The position numbers and the translations under genes were made by a program. Of a stretch of 64,000 nucleotides of DNA, positions 41,256-51,441 are shown piece after piece. The stretch is from an uncultured Acidimicrobiia bacterium. GTDB lineage: Bacteria > Actinomycetota > Acidimicrobiia > Acidimicrobiales > AC-14. The stretch is from contig CAWIIV010000024.1 in NCBI GenBank assembly GCA_963836205.1, positions 220,718 to 284,717 of the forward strand. Direction: 5' to 3'. The notes beneath the pieces were generated by a model. That model searched no databases and was not told the origin of the DNA. It saw only the letters and a list, made by a program, of their open reading frames with translations. Numbering within the stretch: the first letter of the stretch is position 1; each line of letters begins with the position of its first letter.

Positions 41256-42255
41256 GGTCGCGGCCGCCGACATCGGTACGGCCTTCACGGGCCAGAAGGT
41301 CCTCGTCACCGGCGGCGTCGGCTTCATCGGCTCGAACCTGGCCCGGCGCCTGCTCGATCTCGGGGCCAAGGTGACCCTCGTCGACAGCCTGGTGCCCGAA
41401 TACGGCGGCAACCTGGCCAACCTGCAGGGCATCGAGGACCGGCTCCAGGTGAACATCTCCGACGTACGCGACGAGTACAGCATGGCCTACCTGGTGCAGG
41501 GCAAGGACTTCCTGTTCAACCTGGCCGGCCAGACCAGCCACCTCGACTCGATGCACGACCCGTTCACCGACCTCGAGATCAACTGCGCCTCCCAGCTGCA
41601 CATTCTCGAAGCCTGCCGCCGCCACAACCCGGACATGCCGGTCGTGTTCGCCAGCACCCGCCAGTTCTACGGACGCCCGGAATACCTCCCGGTCGACGAG
41701 CGCCACCCCCTCCACCCCGTCGACGTCAACGGGGTCAACAAGATGGCGGGCGAGTGGTACCACACGCTCTACCACGAGGCCTACGGCCTGCCGACCTGCT
41801 CCCTGCGCTTCACCAACACCTACGGACCCCGCATGAGGGTCAAGGACGCCCGCCAGACCTTCCTCGGCATCTGGCTCCGGCTGGCGATGCAGGGCGAGGC
41901 GTTCGAGGTCTGGGAGGGCGGCCAGCTGCGCGACTTCACCTACGTCGACGACGCGGTGGAGGCGCTGCTCCTCGCCGCGGTCAACCCCCAGGCCTACGGT
42001 CGGGCCTTCAACCTGGGGGGCAACGAGGCGCTCACCCTCACCGAGGTGGCCGACCGGCTGATCAAGGTGAGCGGTTCCGGGTCGTACACGGTGAAGCCCT
42101 ACCCCGAGGAACGCAAGCGCATCGACATCGGGCACTACTACGCCGACTTCTCCGCCATCAGCGAGACCCTGGGCTGGAAGCCGACGATCGACCTCGACGA
42201 AGGCCTGGCCCGCACCATCGCCTACCTGCGCGAGCACCTCCACGAGTACGTGTGA
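41248..42255 (+). CDS. NAD-dependent epimerase/dehydratase
   Basis: TGGVGFIGSNL, FNLAGQTSH, NTYGPR, RDFTYVDD. Confidence 0.9.
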   Translation: MVEVAAADIGTAFTGQKVLVTGGVGFIGSNLARRLLDLGAKVTLVDSLVPEYGGNLANLQGIEDRLQVNISDVRDEYSMAYLVQGKDFLFNLAGQTSHLDSMHDPFTDLEINCASQLHILEACRRHNPDMPVVFASTRQFYGRPEYLPVDERHPLHPVDVNGVNKMAGEWYHTLYHEAYGLPTCSLRFTNTYGPRMRVKDARQTFLGIWLRLAMQGEAFEVWEGGQLRDFTYVDDAVEALLLAAVNPQAYGRAFNLGGNEALTLTEVADRLIKVSGSGSYTVKPYPEERKRIDIGHYYADFSAISETLGWKPTIDLDEGLARTIAYLREHLHEYV

Positions 42256-43398
42256 CGGCCATCCGGCTGCCCGTCGTCGACCCGGCCGCCGCCCTCGCTC
42301 CCCATCTCGACGACGTCCGGGCCGCGGTGGAGCGGGTCATCGCCTCGGGCTGGTTCATCCTCGGCGAGGAGGTCGCCCGCTTCGAGGAGGAGTTCGCGGC
42401 GGTGTGCGGGGCCGCCTTCGGCATCGGGGTGGCCTCGGGGACCGACGCCGTCGCCCTCGCCCTCGAAGGGTGCGGGGTCGGAGCGGGAGACGGGGTGCTC
42501 ACCGTGTCCCACACCGCGGTGGCCACCGTCGCCGCCATCGAGTCCACCGGCGCCACGCCGATCCTCGTCGACATCGACGGCGGTTCCTTCACCATGTCGG
42601 CGGCAGCCCTGGAGACCAGGCTCGACGAGCTGGCGAAGCAGGGGAGCGGGGTGCGGCCCCGGGCGATCGTCGCCGTCCACCTCTACGGGAACCCGGCGCC
42701 GATGGGCGACATCGCGAGGATCGCTCACGTCCACGGGCTCGACGTCGTGGAGGACGTCGCCCAGGCCCACGGGGCCTCGCTCGACGGGCAGGCCGCCGGC
42801 TCGCTCGGCCGGGCCGCCGCCTTCAGCTTCTACCCGACCAAGAACCTCGGCGCGATCGGCGACGCCGGGATCGTGGTCACCTCGGACGAGGACGTCCGCG
42901 ACCGCGTCCGCCGGCTGCGCCAGTACGGCTGGGAGGAGCGGTACGTGAGCGCGGTCCCGGGCCGCAACAGCCGGCTCGACGAGGTGCAGGCGGCCGTGCT
43001 CCGAGTCCTCCTCCCTCACCTCGAGGGCGCCAACGCCCACCGGCGGGCGGTAGCAAACCGGTACGACCAGGGCCTGGCGGGCGGGGCCGGTGGCGACCCC
43101 CGCACCCGCCGCGCCGGGAGCGGCGCACGTGTACCACCAGTACGTCGTCCGGACACCCGAGCGCGACCGGCTGCGCGCGCGCCTGGCCGAGCGTGGAATC
43201 GGGACGGCGGTGCTCTACCCGGTGCCCGTCCACCGCCAGCCTGCGTACCGGCACCTCGACGTCGGCGACGGCCTCCCGGTGACCGACCGGGTGTGTGGGG
43301 AGATCCTCAGCCTGCCCATGGGTGCGCACGTGAGCATGGAGGCGGCCGACACCGTCGTGGAGGCGGTGCTCGCCTTCGACCCCTCGGTGGCGCCGTGA
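42252..43398 (+). CDS. DegT/DnrJ/EryC1/StrS aminotransferase (frameshift near 43080)
   Basis: SGTDA, VHLYG, EDVAQAHG, SFYPTKNLGAIGDAG, NSRLDEVQAA; HVYHQY...LSLPM in the next frame. Confidence 0.9.
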
Positions 43399-44375
43399 CC
43401 CGCGCCTTCTGCACCTACTTCGACGTGAACTACCTGTCGCGGGGCCTGGCCCTGTACGAGTCGTTGTGCGCCACCACCGCGGGGGACTTCACCCTCGACG
43501 TCCTCTGCCTCGACGACGAGGCCGAGCGCCGGCTGCGGAATCGGGCGCTCTCGGGAGTCCGGCTCACCCGCCTGGCCGACCTCGAAGGCGCCGATCCCGA
43601 GCTGCTCGCCACCAAGGGCACCCGGTCCAGGATCGAGTACATCTTCACCGCCGGGCCGGCCTTCATGCGCCATCTCTTCGACCGGGACCCCGCGCTCGAC
43701 CTGCTCACCTACCTGGACAGCGACCTCTACTTCTTCTCCAGCCCGGAGCCGCTGTTCGAGGAGGCGGACGACGCCGGCGCGGCGACGGTGATCGTCGGCC
43801 ACCGGTTCCCGGACCGGCTGCGACACCTGGAGGAGACCGGCCGCTACAACGTGGCCTGGGTCTCGTTCCGCCGTGACCCCGACGGGCTGGCCTGTCTCGA
43901 CTACTGGCGGTCGGCCTGCATCGACTGGTGCCACGACCGCGTCGAGGGCGATCGCTACGCCGACCAGAAGTACCTCGACCAGTTTCCCCGCCGGTTCGCC
44001 CGGGTCCACGAGCTCCAGCACCCGGGCGCCGACGTCGCCCCCTGGAACATCGACGACCCCCCCTTGCGGTGGGCGGACGGCTCCTTCCTGGTGAACGATC
44101 GGCCGCTCGTCTTCTTCCACTTCCAAGGGTTCAAGTTCCAACGCTTCAGGGCGATCGGCCCGTCGATGGTCGACCCGAACCTGGCCGCCTACGGCGCCCG
44201 GGCCGACAAGGCCGCCCGCCGCCTCTACCGCACCTACCTCGCCGCCCTCCGGCGGACCGCGGCGGGCGTCGCCGCCGCCAGCCCCCGACGGGCCGACGAC
44301 ATCCCCTGGTACCGGCGGTGCCTGCGCCAGGCCCGAGCGGTCGTCCGAGGTGACATCTTCCTGGCCCGGACCTAG
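43395..44375 (+). CDS. Putative glycosyltransferase (GT-A, DxD)
   Basis: FCTYFDVNYL-RGLALY, YLDSDLYFF, DQKYLD, APWN, FFHF. Confidence 0.7.
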   Translation: MTRAFCTYFDVNYLSRGLALYESLCATTAGDFTLDVLCLDDEAERRLRNRALSGVRLTRLADLEGADPELLATKGTRSRIEYIFTAGPAFMRHLFDRDPALDLLTYLDSDLYFFSSPEPLFEEADDAGAATVIVGHRFPDRLRHLEETGRYNVAWVSFRRDPDGLACLDYWRSACIDWCHDRVEGDRYADQKYLDQFPRRFARVHELQHPGADVAPWNIDDPPLRWADGSFLVNDRPLVFFHFQGFKFQRFRAIGPSMVDPNLAAYGARADKAARRLYRTYLAALRRTAAGVAAASPRRADDIPWYRRCLRQARAVVRGDIFLART

Positions 44376-44491
44376 TGCTGCGTCAGGCAAACGCCCCCGA
44401 TCGGCACATTGAGGGCAGGCGGGTGCCGCGGGAGGCCAGTCTTCAAGCGGCCGTCGACCGGTGCAACGGCGATGTCGGATCAGGGCGACGG

Positions 44492-45082
44492 TTACGTCGT
44501 CTTCGTCGGCGGTCGGCCACCGCCCTCGCGGTGGACGTGGGCGCGCTCGCCATCGCGGTCGAAGATCATGATGAGCTCGGCTGCGCCGTCGATGGCTGTG
44601 ATGGCGTGCGGCGTCATCGTCGCGAACTCGGCAGCCTCGCCGGTCTCGATGGTGATTTCGCGCTCGCCGAGCGACAAGCGTACCCGCCCCTCGATGACAA
44701 AGAACCAGTCGTGACCGGGATGGACGCGCTGCTCTGCGGCGCGACGGGTCGGTTCGAGTCGCATCTTGACGGCGATCGTGCTGCCCGTTGGTCGGCTCAG
44801 CATCCAGGTCGTGCGCTTCCCGGAGCTGTTCGGCACCGGCCGGATCACCACGTCGTCGTCACTGCGCACGTCTAGAAGGGCATCGAGGTCGACCTGGAGG
44901 GCTGCTGCGAGTGGCAGCAGTACGTCGAGGCTGATCGTCCGCTTGCCGGTCTCGACCCGGCTGATCGTGGACGGACTGAGGTTGGTACGGGCGGCGAGTT
45001 CGTCGAGCGACAGGCCCAGGGTGTTCCGGAGGCTCCGGAGCCGCGTGCGCACCACCCGCTCGATCTCGTTCAGTTCGGCCAT
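44492..45082 (-). CDS. XRE-family HTH + cupin regulator
   Basis: RLRSLR..LSLDELA..SPSTISRVETG; HPGHDW cupin motif. Confidence 0.9.
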   Translation of the reverse strand: MAELNEIERVVRTRLRSLRNTLGLSLDELAARTNLSPSTISRVETGKRTISLDVLLPLAAALQVDLDALLDVRSDDDVVIRPVPNSSGKRTTWMLSRPTGSTIAVKMRLEPTRRAAEQRVHPGHDWFFVIEGRVRLSLGEREITIETGEAAEFATMTPHAITAIDGAAELIMIFDRDGERAHVHREGGGRPPTKTT

Positions 45083-45157
45083 CACTTCGTCATCCGTTCC
45101 CTTGCGGATATCGCAAACTGTCTTGCATTTCTTCGCCCGGACCGTATCGTCAAATCC

Positions 45158-46747
45158 ATGAGCGAACACGCACCTCGCGTCGTCGAACGCCACTGCGACG
45201 TCGCCGTCATCGGCGGTTCAGCCGCCGGCCTCGCCGCCGCACTCCAACTCGCGCGCCAGCGTCGGTCGGTGATCGTCGTCGACTCCGGCGAGCCCCGCAA
45301 CGCACCCGCCGCCCACATGCACAGCTACCTCGGTCACGAGGGACTTCCGCCGTCGGAGTTCGCCGCGATCGGTCGCGACGAGGTCCGCAGCTACGGGGGT
45401 GAGGTCATCGCCGGTCGCGCCGTCGACGTGACCCGCACCGACGACGACCGCTTCCGTGTCGGGCTCACCGGTGGCCATTCGCTCGTGGCCCGACGAGTGC
45501 TTGCCGCCACCGGTCTCGTCGACGAGCTCCCCGACATCGACGGTGTTGCCGAGCACTGGGGCCGCGACGTCATCCACTGCCCGTTCTGTCACGGTTTCGA
45601 GGTCCGCGACCGGCGCATCGTCCAGATCGTCACCCACCCAATGGGGCTTCATCCCGCCGGGTTGTTCCGCCAACTGAGTAGCCGGTTTACGCTGGTTCTG
45701 CATGACGGCGTCGACGCCGACAGCGCCGAGGTCGAGGCCCTACGCGTCGCCGGGGTGAACGTCGTCGACGGGACCGTCCAGCGCGTCGTCACGGGTGACG
45801 ACGGCCGCGTTGCGGCCATCTCGTTGGCCGATGGCAACCGCATCGACGCCGACGCAGTCGTGATCGGCCCTCGGTTCAGGGTGCGCACCCAACCGTTCGC
45901 CTCACTCGGCCTGAAGCCGGCGGAGCACCCGAACGGGCTCGGGGACTACGTCGAGACGGACGCGACCGGTGAAACCGCCATACCGGGCCTGTACGCCGCC
46001 GGCAACGTGACCGATCCGACCCAACAGGTGTTGCAGGCCGCAGCCGCCGGTAGCCGGATTGGCGGGATGATCAGCTTCAGCCTCGCCCACGACGACATCG
46101 CAGCCGCAGCGCGACCGTCCGCCAACGAGATCGACTGGGACCACCGCTACCGCGGCGACCAGATGTGGAGCGGGAACCCGAACGGCAGCCTCGTCGCCGA
46201 GATCAGCGGCCTAGCCCCTGGTCGCGCCCTGGACGTGGGGGCGGGCGAGGGCGGCGACGTCATCTGGCTCGCCGATCAGGGCTGGCAGGTGACGGCGAGC
46301 GACATCTCAGAGCGAGCGCTGGACCGGGTCCACGCCGCGGCCGAGCGCCGCGGTCTGCGCGTCGAGAGCCATCACGCGGACGCCAATGCGCTCGATGCCT
46401 TCGAGTCTGGAGCTTTCGACCTCGTGTCGGCGCACTACGCGTCGATCCCGCGCACCCCGGACGGCCGCGGTGTCCGCAACCTGATGGACGCGGTCGCTAG
46501 CGGTGGCACGCTGCTCGTGGTCAGCCACGACCTTGAGCCGATGCGCGCGCCGATCGACACGCTGGCCCACAGCCGACCATTCGACCCGGACGCGTACGTG
46601 GGGGTCGACGAGATCGCGGCTGCGCTCGCGCAGTCATCGGACTGGACTATCGACATTCACCAGAAACGGCCCCGTCCCGCTGGCGCCGCCACCGCTGCGA
46701 TCCACGTCGATGACATCGTGCTGCGTGCCCGCCATCGCGCCAGCTGA
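45158..46747 (+). CDS. Bifunctional thioredoxin-reductase-like oxidoreductase / class I SAM methyltransferase
   Basis: IGGSAAGL, HCPFCHG, GLYAAGN; WSGNPN, ALDVGAGEGGD. Confidence 0.88.
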   Translation: MSEHAPRVVERHCDVAVIGGSAAGLAAALQLARQRRSVIVVDSGEPRNAPAAHMHSYLGHEGLPPSEFAAIGRDEVRSYGGEVIAGRAVDVTRTDDDRFRVGLTGGHSLVARRVLAATGLVDELPDIDGVAEHWGRDVIHCPFCHGFEVRDRRIVQIVTHPMGLHPAGLFRQLSSRFTLVLHDGVDADSAEVEALRVAGVNVVDGTVQRVVTGDDGRVAAISLADGNRIDADAVVIGPRFRVRTQPFASLGLKPAEHPNGLGDYVETDATGETAIPGLYAAGNVTDPTQQVLQAAAAGSRIGGMISFSLAHDDIAAAARPSANEIDWDHRYRGDQMWSGNPNGSLVAEISGLAPGRALDVGAGEGGDVIWLADQGWQVTASDISERALDRVHAAAERRGLRVESHHADANALDAFESGAFDLVSAHYASIPRTPDGRGVRNLMDAVASGGTLLVVSHDLEPMRAPIDTLAHSRPFDPDAYVGVDEIAAALAQSSDWTIDIHQKRPRPAGAATAAIHVDDIVLRARHRAS

Positions 46748-46848
46748 CGAGATACGCCGCACTGTCTCATAACGCCGGCCGGTGGACACCCGGCTGACTC
46801 GCCTGAAGGGCTCGCCAAACACTACTACGGCAGTAGTAGAGTATGAGC

Positions 46849-47118
46849 ATGCCACGTGGGAGACCCTCGCCGAAGCTGGCGATCACCGTTGACGCCGGTG
46901 TGCACGAGCGGGTCCTCGCCGCCGCCACCGAGGAGGGGGTCAGCGTCTCGGCCTGGATGACCGAGGCGGCCCGCCGAGCGCTGCTCCTCCGCGACGGCCT
47001 ACGGGCAGTCTCGGAGTGGGAGCAGGAACATGGCCCCCTCACCGCAGATGAGCTGGATGCTGCTCGCCGTCGTGTCGCGAGTGGTGTCGCCGCCGCTTCC
47101 CAGGCGCGACCGGCGTGA
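46849..47118 (+). CDS. Putative RHH-type antitoxin
   Basis: KLAITVD..SVSAW..WEQEHGPLT; GTGA overlap with the PIN gene. Confidence 0.7.
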   Translation: MPRGRPSPKLAITVDAGVHERVLAAATEEGVSVSAWMTEAARRALLLRDGLRAVSEWEQEHGPLTADELDAARRRVASGVAAASQARPA

Positions 47119-47492
47119 GCTTCGTCTACGACGCCGGCGTGTTCGTGGCCGCCGAGCGTAACGACCGCGAAGTCTGGGCCGATCATCGGGCTCGTTTGGA
47201 GCTTGGGCTCATCCCGCGGACGACCGCACCTGTCGTCGCCCAGGTCAGCCGCTCTCCGCGACAGGTGCAGCTACGGCGCATGCTGCGGGGCTGCGACATC
47301 GTCGGTTTCGCCCCGGATGACTCCCATGACGTCGGCGCTCTCGTGGGCAAGGCCTCGACTTCCGATGTCGTCGACGCCCACCTCGCCATCGTCGCCTCCA
47401 GGCGTCAGGCCACGGTCCTCACTTCCGACGTCGAGGACCTGCGCCATCTTGCCGACCAGTTGCCGACTCCCGTCCGGATTCAACGGGTCTGA
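47115..47492 (+). CDS. PIN-domain (VapC-like) toxin
   Basis: VYDAGVF, DVVDA, VLTSD. Confidence 0.75.
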   Translation: MSFVYDAGVFVAAERNDREVWADHRARLELGLIPRTTAPVVAQVSRSPRQVQLRRMLRGCDIVGFAPDDSHDVGALVGKASTSDVVDAHLAIVASRRQATVLTSDVEDLRHLADQLPTPVRIQRV

Positions 47493-47626
47493 TCTCGGAT
47501 CAGAGCCGACGGCACCTCCAAGGCGGTGTCCCATATGGACAGCGATCGACAGTGATGCCCGGTCGCCCTGATCGCCGGCTGGGCAGCGGGCTGAACAGAG
47601 CCTCCCATGAAACAGGAGGACCAGCC

Positions 47627-48516
47627 ATGACGACCATCCAGTACCGCGAGCCCGACCACCCGATTGACGATGCCGAGTTGGCTGCCGCGGCGTTCCTGGC
47701 TCGGTACAGCGGACGCACGCTCGAGGCGTACCGCCATGACCTGCGCGGCTTCTTCCAGTGGGCGTCCAACAACGGCGTGGTCGTGCTCGGGGCCACTCGC
47801 CCGCATATCGAGCTGTTCCGTGCCCCGATGGAAGATCGCGGTCTGGCCGCCTCGACGGTCGACCGGCGGCTCTCGACGGTGTGCGGATTCTACCGGTTCG
47901 CTCATATCGACGGCCGGATCGGATCGAACCCTGCCCAGTACGTCCGCCGGCCGCAGTCCACCCCTCGGACGCTCGCGGTTTGGATCGCTCCGAGTTCGGC
48001 GTGTTCCTCTTCACCGCCGAGCAGTACGACCGCGAGCACGCCGCGCTCGCGGTGCTGCTCGGACTCAACGGATTGCGAGTCAGCGAGGCGTGTGCCACCA
48101 ACATCGAAGACCTCGGGATCGAACGAGGTCACCGGACGCTGCGCATCCTTGGCAAGGGGAACAAGCCCGCGACAATCCCGCTGGTTCCCCGCACCGCCCG
48201 CACGATCGATCTCGCTGTCGGGGAACGCCACGAGGGTCCGATCCTGCGCCGACGCGACGGACAGCGGCTCGACCGGCGCACGGCGCACCGGTGGGTGCGC
48301 TCGATCGGCAAGCGCGCCGGGCTCGGGCACGTCCACCCGCACATGCTGCGCGCCGCGTTCATCATGGCCGCCCTCGACGCCGGCGTACCCCTGCGGGACC
48401 TGCAGACCGCCGCCCGGCACTCCGACCCGACAACGACGACGATCTACGACCGGCGTCGCCAGAACTTCGACCCCCACGCCGCCTACGTCGTCGTCGCCTT
48501 CGTCGCGGGAGGCTGA
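47627..48516 (+). CDS. Tyrosine recombinase/integrase (frameshift near 47956)
   Basis: N-terminal RTLEAY..STVDRRLS..GFY; catalytic GLRVSE, GKGNK, HPHMLR, ARHSD, TIYD. Confidence 0.9.
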
Positions 48517-48545
48517 CGACGCCTGGGGGCGTACGCTTGTGGCCG

Positions 48546-48721
48546 TGAGTGACGCCGTTCGACCCTCGGGCGAGGCCCCGCACGGGACATCGTTGCTGCC
48601 AGCCGATCTGACCGACGATCAGCTCGACGCGGCCCAGGTGCTCGACTCGATCGACTCCCTGCTGATCGAGGACCTCTCCGAGGCCGAAGACGACGCGTTC
48701 GCCGCAGCGCTCGAGTCTTGA
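48546..48721 (+). CDS. Small acidic putative antitoxin
   Basis: LLIEDLSEAEDDAFAAALES; TTGA overlap with the PIN gene. Confidence 0.5.
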
Positions 48722-49120
48722 GGATCCTCGTCGACACCGGCGTCTTCAGCGCGTCCATCAGCCGACGCCGCCGCGCCCGCTTCGAGACCCAGGTCGGTCT
48801 CATGGCCGGCCACCAGACCTTCCTCGCCGCCGGCACCGTTGCCGAGGTCCGCTATGGCGCGCTCGTCGCCGGTTGGGGAGATCAACGCCGCCAGCGGTTG
48901 GAGCAGTCGATCGCCGCGACCACGGTCGTGCCCGTCAGTGACGCCCTGCTGACGGCCGTCGCCGAGCTTCGCCACGCCTGCCGACAGGCCGGACATGCGC
49001 TGCATGAACCGCTCCATGCCAACGACCTGGATCGCGGCGTCTGCGATCCATGTTGGCGCTCCGCTCCTCACCGCCGACGCCGTCTTCAAGGACGCACCGG
49101 GGCTCAACCTCCACCGATAG
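48718..49120 (+). CDS. PIN-domain toxin (frameshift near 49027)
   Basis: ILVDTGVFS, TVAE, HANDL then WIAASA..LLTAD in the shifted frame. Confidence 0.75.
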
Positions 49121-49705
49121 AGATCGCCGGGCAGAAGGTCTGGGGCGACATTCGGGGGCGCGCCACCAGCCCGCGACGAATCGGCACTTCGAGGGCGTGT
49201 CCGCACAGGCAAGGCGGGGAACGAAAGACCGAGCGGTATGGGACACACTGCGGTGATATCAGTCACCCTCGCCCATGACGCCGACGTCGAGATCCGGCAG
49301 CACCAAAGCTCCCCAGGCCAGCAACCCACGCTTGAGACATAGGCCGCAAGGGTCCAGCACCCGCGGGCGCGCAACGTCCACCCGGGGTGGATACGCCTGA
49401 TGCGTCCCGGCGAAAGCGGACCCGCCAGGTCGTCAGAGAACCGTCGAGCCAGCGGCGGCTCGTGACTCCCGCCAGCTCTGCACAACTCGACAACCGTCGC
49501 GCGACTCGCCATCCCGGCCGATTGAACCCAGCATGCCACCGGGCGACTATCCCGCTGGCGTCGCCACCACGCTCGCAGCCCGGCCGCCGATCACCGCCAG
49601 CCAACGACCGCCGCCGCCCCACCCTCCTAGACTCGGCAACATCTCGCCGGATGGGTCGGGGACACAAAGAACCGTACCCGACGACTGCAGCAACAGGAGC
49701 GAACC

Positions 49706-50287
49706 GTGAGTCCACTGATCCTCTTTGCGATTGGAGTCGGAACAACACTACTCGTGAGCGGGCCTGGTATCGAGTTGTTGCAATCGTATCGTCAGAGGCT
49801 TACCTGGCGATCCTTCGTACGCGCATTGCAGTCCCCAGAGCTGCTACACCAGCTGACTGGGAACCGCCCAGACGTCCTCATCGGTCTAAATGGCGGGATA
49901 GTGGCCGCTGGCATTCTTGCACTGAACTACGGGTTCTCAGAAGTTCACTTCCTTAACCTGTTGCCCTATGTGGGTCCACCCGCCCTCCGACCATCGTCGC
50001 CGCCCGCCCTCGACCTTCCACACTCAATCAAAGCGAGGTCTGTCCTAATAATCGATGACCAGTACATTTCTGGCCGCTCGATGCAAATGGCGGTCGAGGC
50101 CCTGACAGCCTACGGAGTTCCGAGAGATTCGATCAGATGCCTATCGGTTCTCAAGTACAAGCTTCCGGCAAGCTCCCCAGCCATTGAGGTTCCTTCAGCA
50201 GCCCGCGTAAGTGGGCGTCTGAAATGGGCCCCATGGGTTATTTCTGAACAGCTCACGAGCTTCTATAAGTGGCGCGCGTCGAATTAG
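49706..50287 (+). CDS. Type I phosphoribosyltransferase-domain protein with N-terminal hydrophobic segment
   Basis: PDVLIGLNGG; VLIIDDQYISGRSM PRPP-loop-like motif. Confidence 0.7.
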   Translation: MSPLILFAIGVGTTLLVSGPGIELLQSYRQRLTWRSFVRALQSPELLHQLTGNRPDVLIGLNGGIVAAGILALNYGFSEVHFLNLLPYVGPPALRPSSPPALDLPHSIKARSVLIIDDQYISGRSMQMAVEALTAYGVPRDSIRCLSVLKYKLPASSPAIEVPSAARVSGRLKWAPWVISEQLTSFYKWRASN

Positions 50288-51441
50288 CACATTCGCGGAT
50301 CTTGCAGCGAACAGCGATGACGAGCTTTACGCTCACCGCCAGCCAAACGAGGGCAACAGAGTGTCTCTATTCGCGTGGCTGTGCTCACCATCTTCAAGAC
50401 TTCGTTGCGCTCGTTAGTCCGTCGTACTCGAGATTTCACGTAGTCATCGACAGCCAAGTTGGGGTCAGCCAGAATCGAGTGGTAGCGATCCTCCGCTCGC
50501 TGTCGGAGTCTGGTTTGTGTACACTCAAATTCATCCGGGGTGGCGAAGCTGCCAAGTCGACCAGACAACTCTGGAATCTCGTCGATACCTTCGACGCCAA
50601 GAGAGTGGCACGCAGGAGTGAGCCGATAGTGGCGTTGGGAGGCGGATCCGTCCTAGACGTGGTTAGTCTCGCGGCAAGCATCTATCGCCGGGGCGTGCCG
50701 CACATTCGAGTACCGACGACCTTGCTTGCGATGGTCGATGCTGGATTGGCCGCCAAGACAGCAATCAACTTTCACGGTCGCAAGAACCTAATTGGCACCT
50801 TTTCGCCGCCTGAGGGGATCATGCTTGACCCTGCGCTACTCGGGTCACTACCGAGACACGAACTGGGACATGGGCTTGCTGAAATTCTAAAGCTAGGCAT
50901 CGCAGCCGACCGGCACCTATTCGAGGCAATTGAACATGGCACTCGCGGTATTCTCGCCGGCGGTTTCTCGTCGTCGGAGCACGACGACGTACTCCTAAGG
51001 GCTGTCGAATCAATGACAGCAGCAATCTGGCCGGACCTTTGGGAAGACGATCTCAATCGTGCAACGGACTTTGGGCACTCGATAAGCAAAGAACTTGAGG
51101 CGCGTCTAGATCCGCGGCCCTCACACGGGGACGCTGTGGCGTTGGACATGGCGATTTGCATTGCGACCTCGCGGGCGCTTGGTTTGCTCGACGGGGACTC
51201 ATGCCAACGTATGCTGCGAGCTATTGCTTCGGCCGGACTTCCAATCTATAGAGCGATTGATGACAACATCATTGCTGCTGGAATAGCAGATACGCGGGTC
51301 CACCGGGACGGGGGTAAAACCGTTCCGTTACCTGATGCAATTGGGCATGTAGTGCACGTCGACGTTACAGCTGCCGATTTGTGCGGTAACCAGCAGTATC
51401 TTCGGACAGTGGCGCGGGCCGCAGACGCAGATCGATTGTGA
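50269..51441 (+). CDS. Sugar-phosphate cyclase, sedoheptulose-7-phosphate cyclase (EEVS/DDGS)-like, DHQ synthase superfamily
   Basis: RRSEPIVALGGG, YRRGVP, PTTL, KTAINF-KNLIG, AEILK, PDLWE, DFGHS, HGDAVALDM; start may be ATG 50317. Confidence 0.8.
   Translation: MARVELAHSRILQRTAMTSFTLTASQTRATECLYSRGCAHHLQDFVALVSPSYSRFHVVIDSQVGVSQNRVVAILRSLSESGLCTLKFIRGGEAAKSTRQLWNLVDTFDAKRVARRSEPIVALGGGSVLDVVSLAASIYRRGVPHIRVPTTLLAMVDAGLAAKTAINFHGRKNLIGTFSPPEGIMLDPALLGSLPRHELGHGLAEILKLGIAADRHLFEAIEHGTRGILAGGFSSSEHDDVLLRAVESMTAAIWPDLWEDDLNRATDFGHSISKELEARLDPRPSHGDAVALDMAICIATSRALGLLDGDSCQRMLRAIASAGLPIYRAIDDNIIAAGIADTRVHRDGGKTVPLPDAIGHVVHVDVTAADLCGNQQYLRTVARAADADRL

Noticed and set aside
49121-49705. ORFs or transposase remnant in the island spacer
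   Set aside because: No recognisable motif in any frame; the GATCGCCGG at 49122 is too short to count as a repeat copy.
50269-51441. Housekeeping aroB
   Set aside because: No aroK/aroC context, foreign composition, and motifs closer to sedoheptulose-7-P cyclases.
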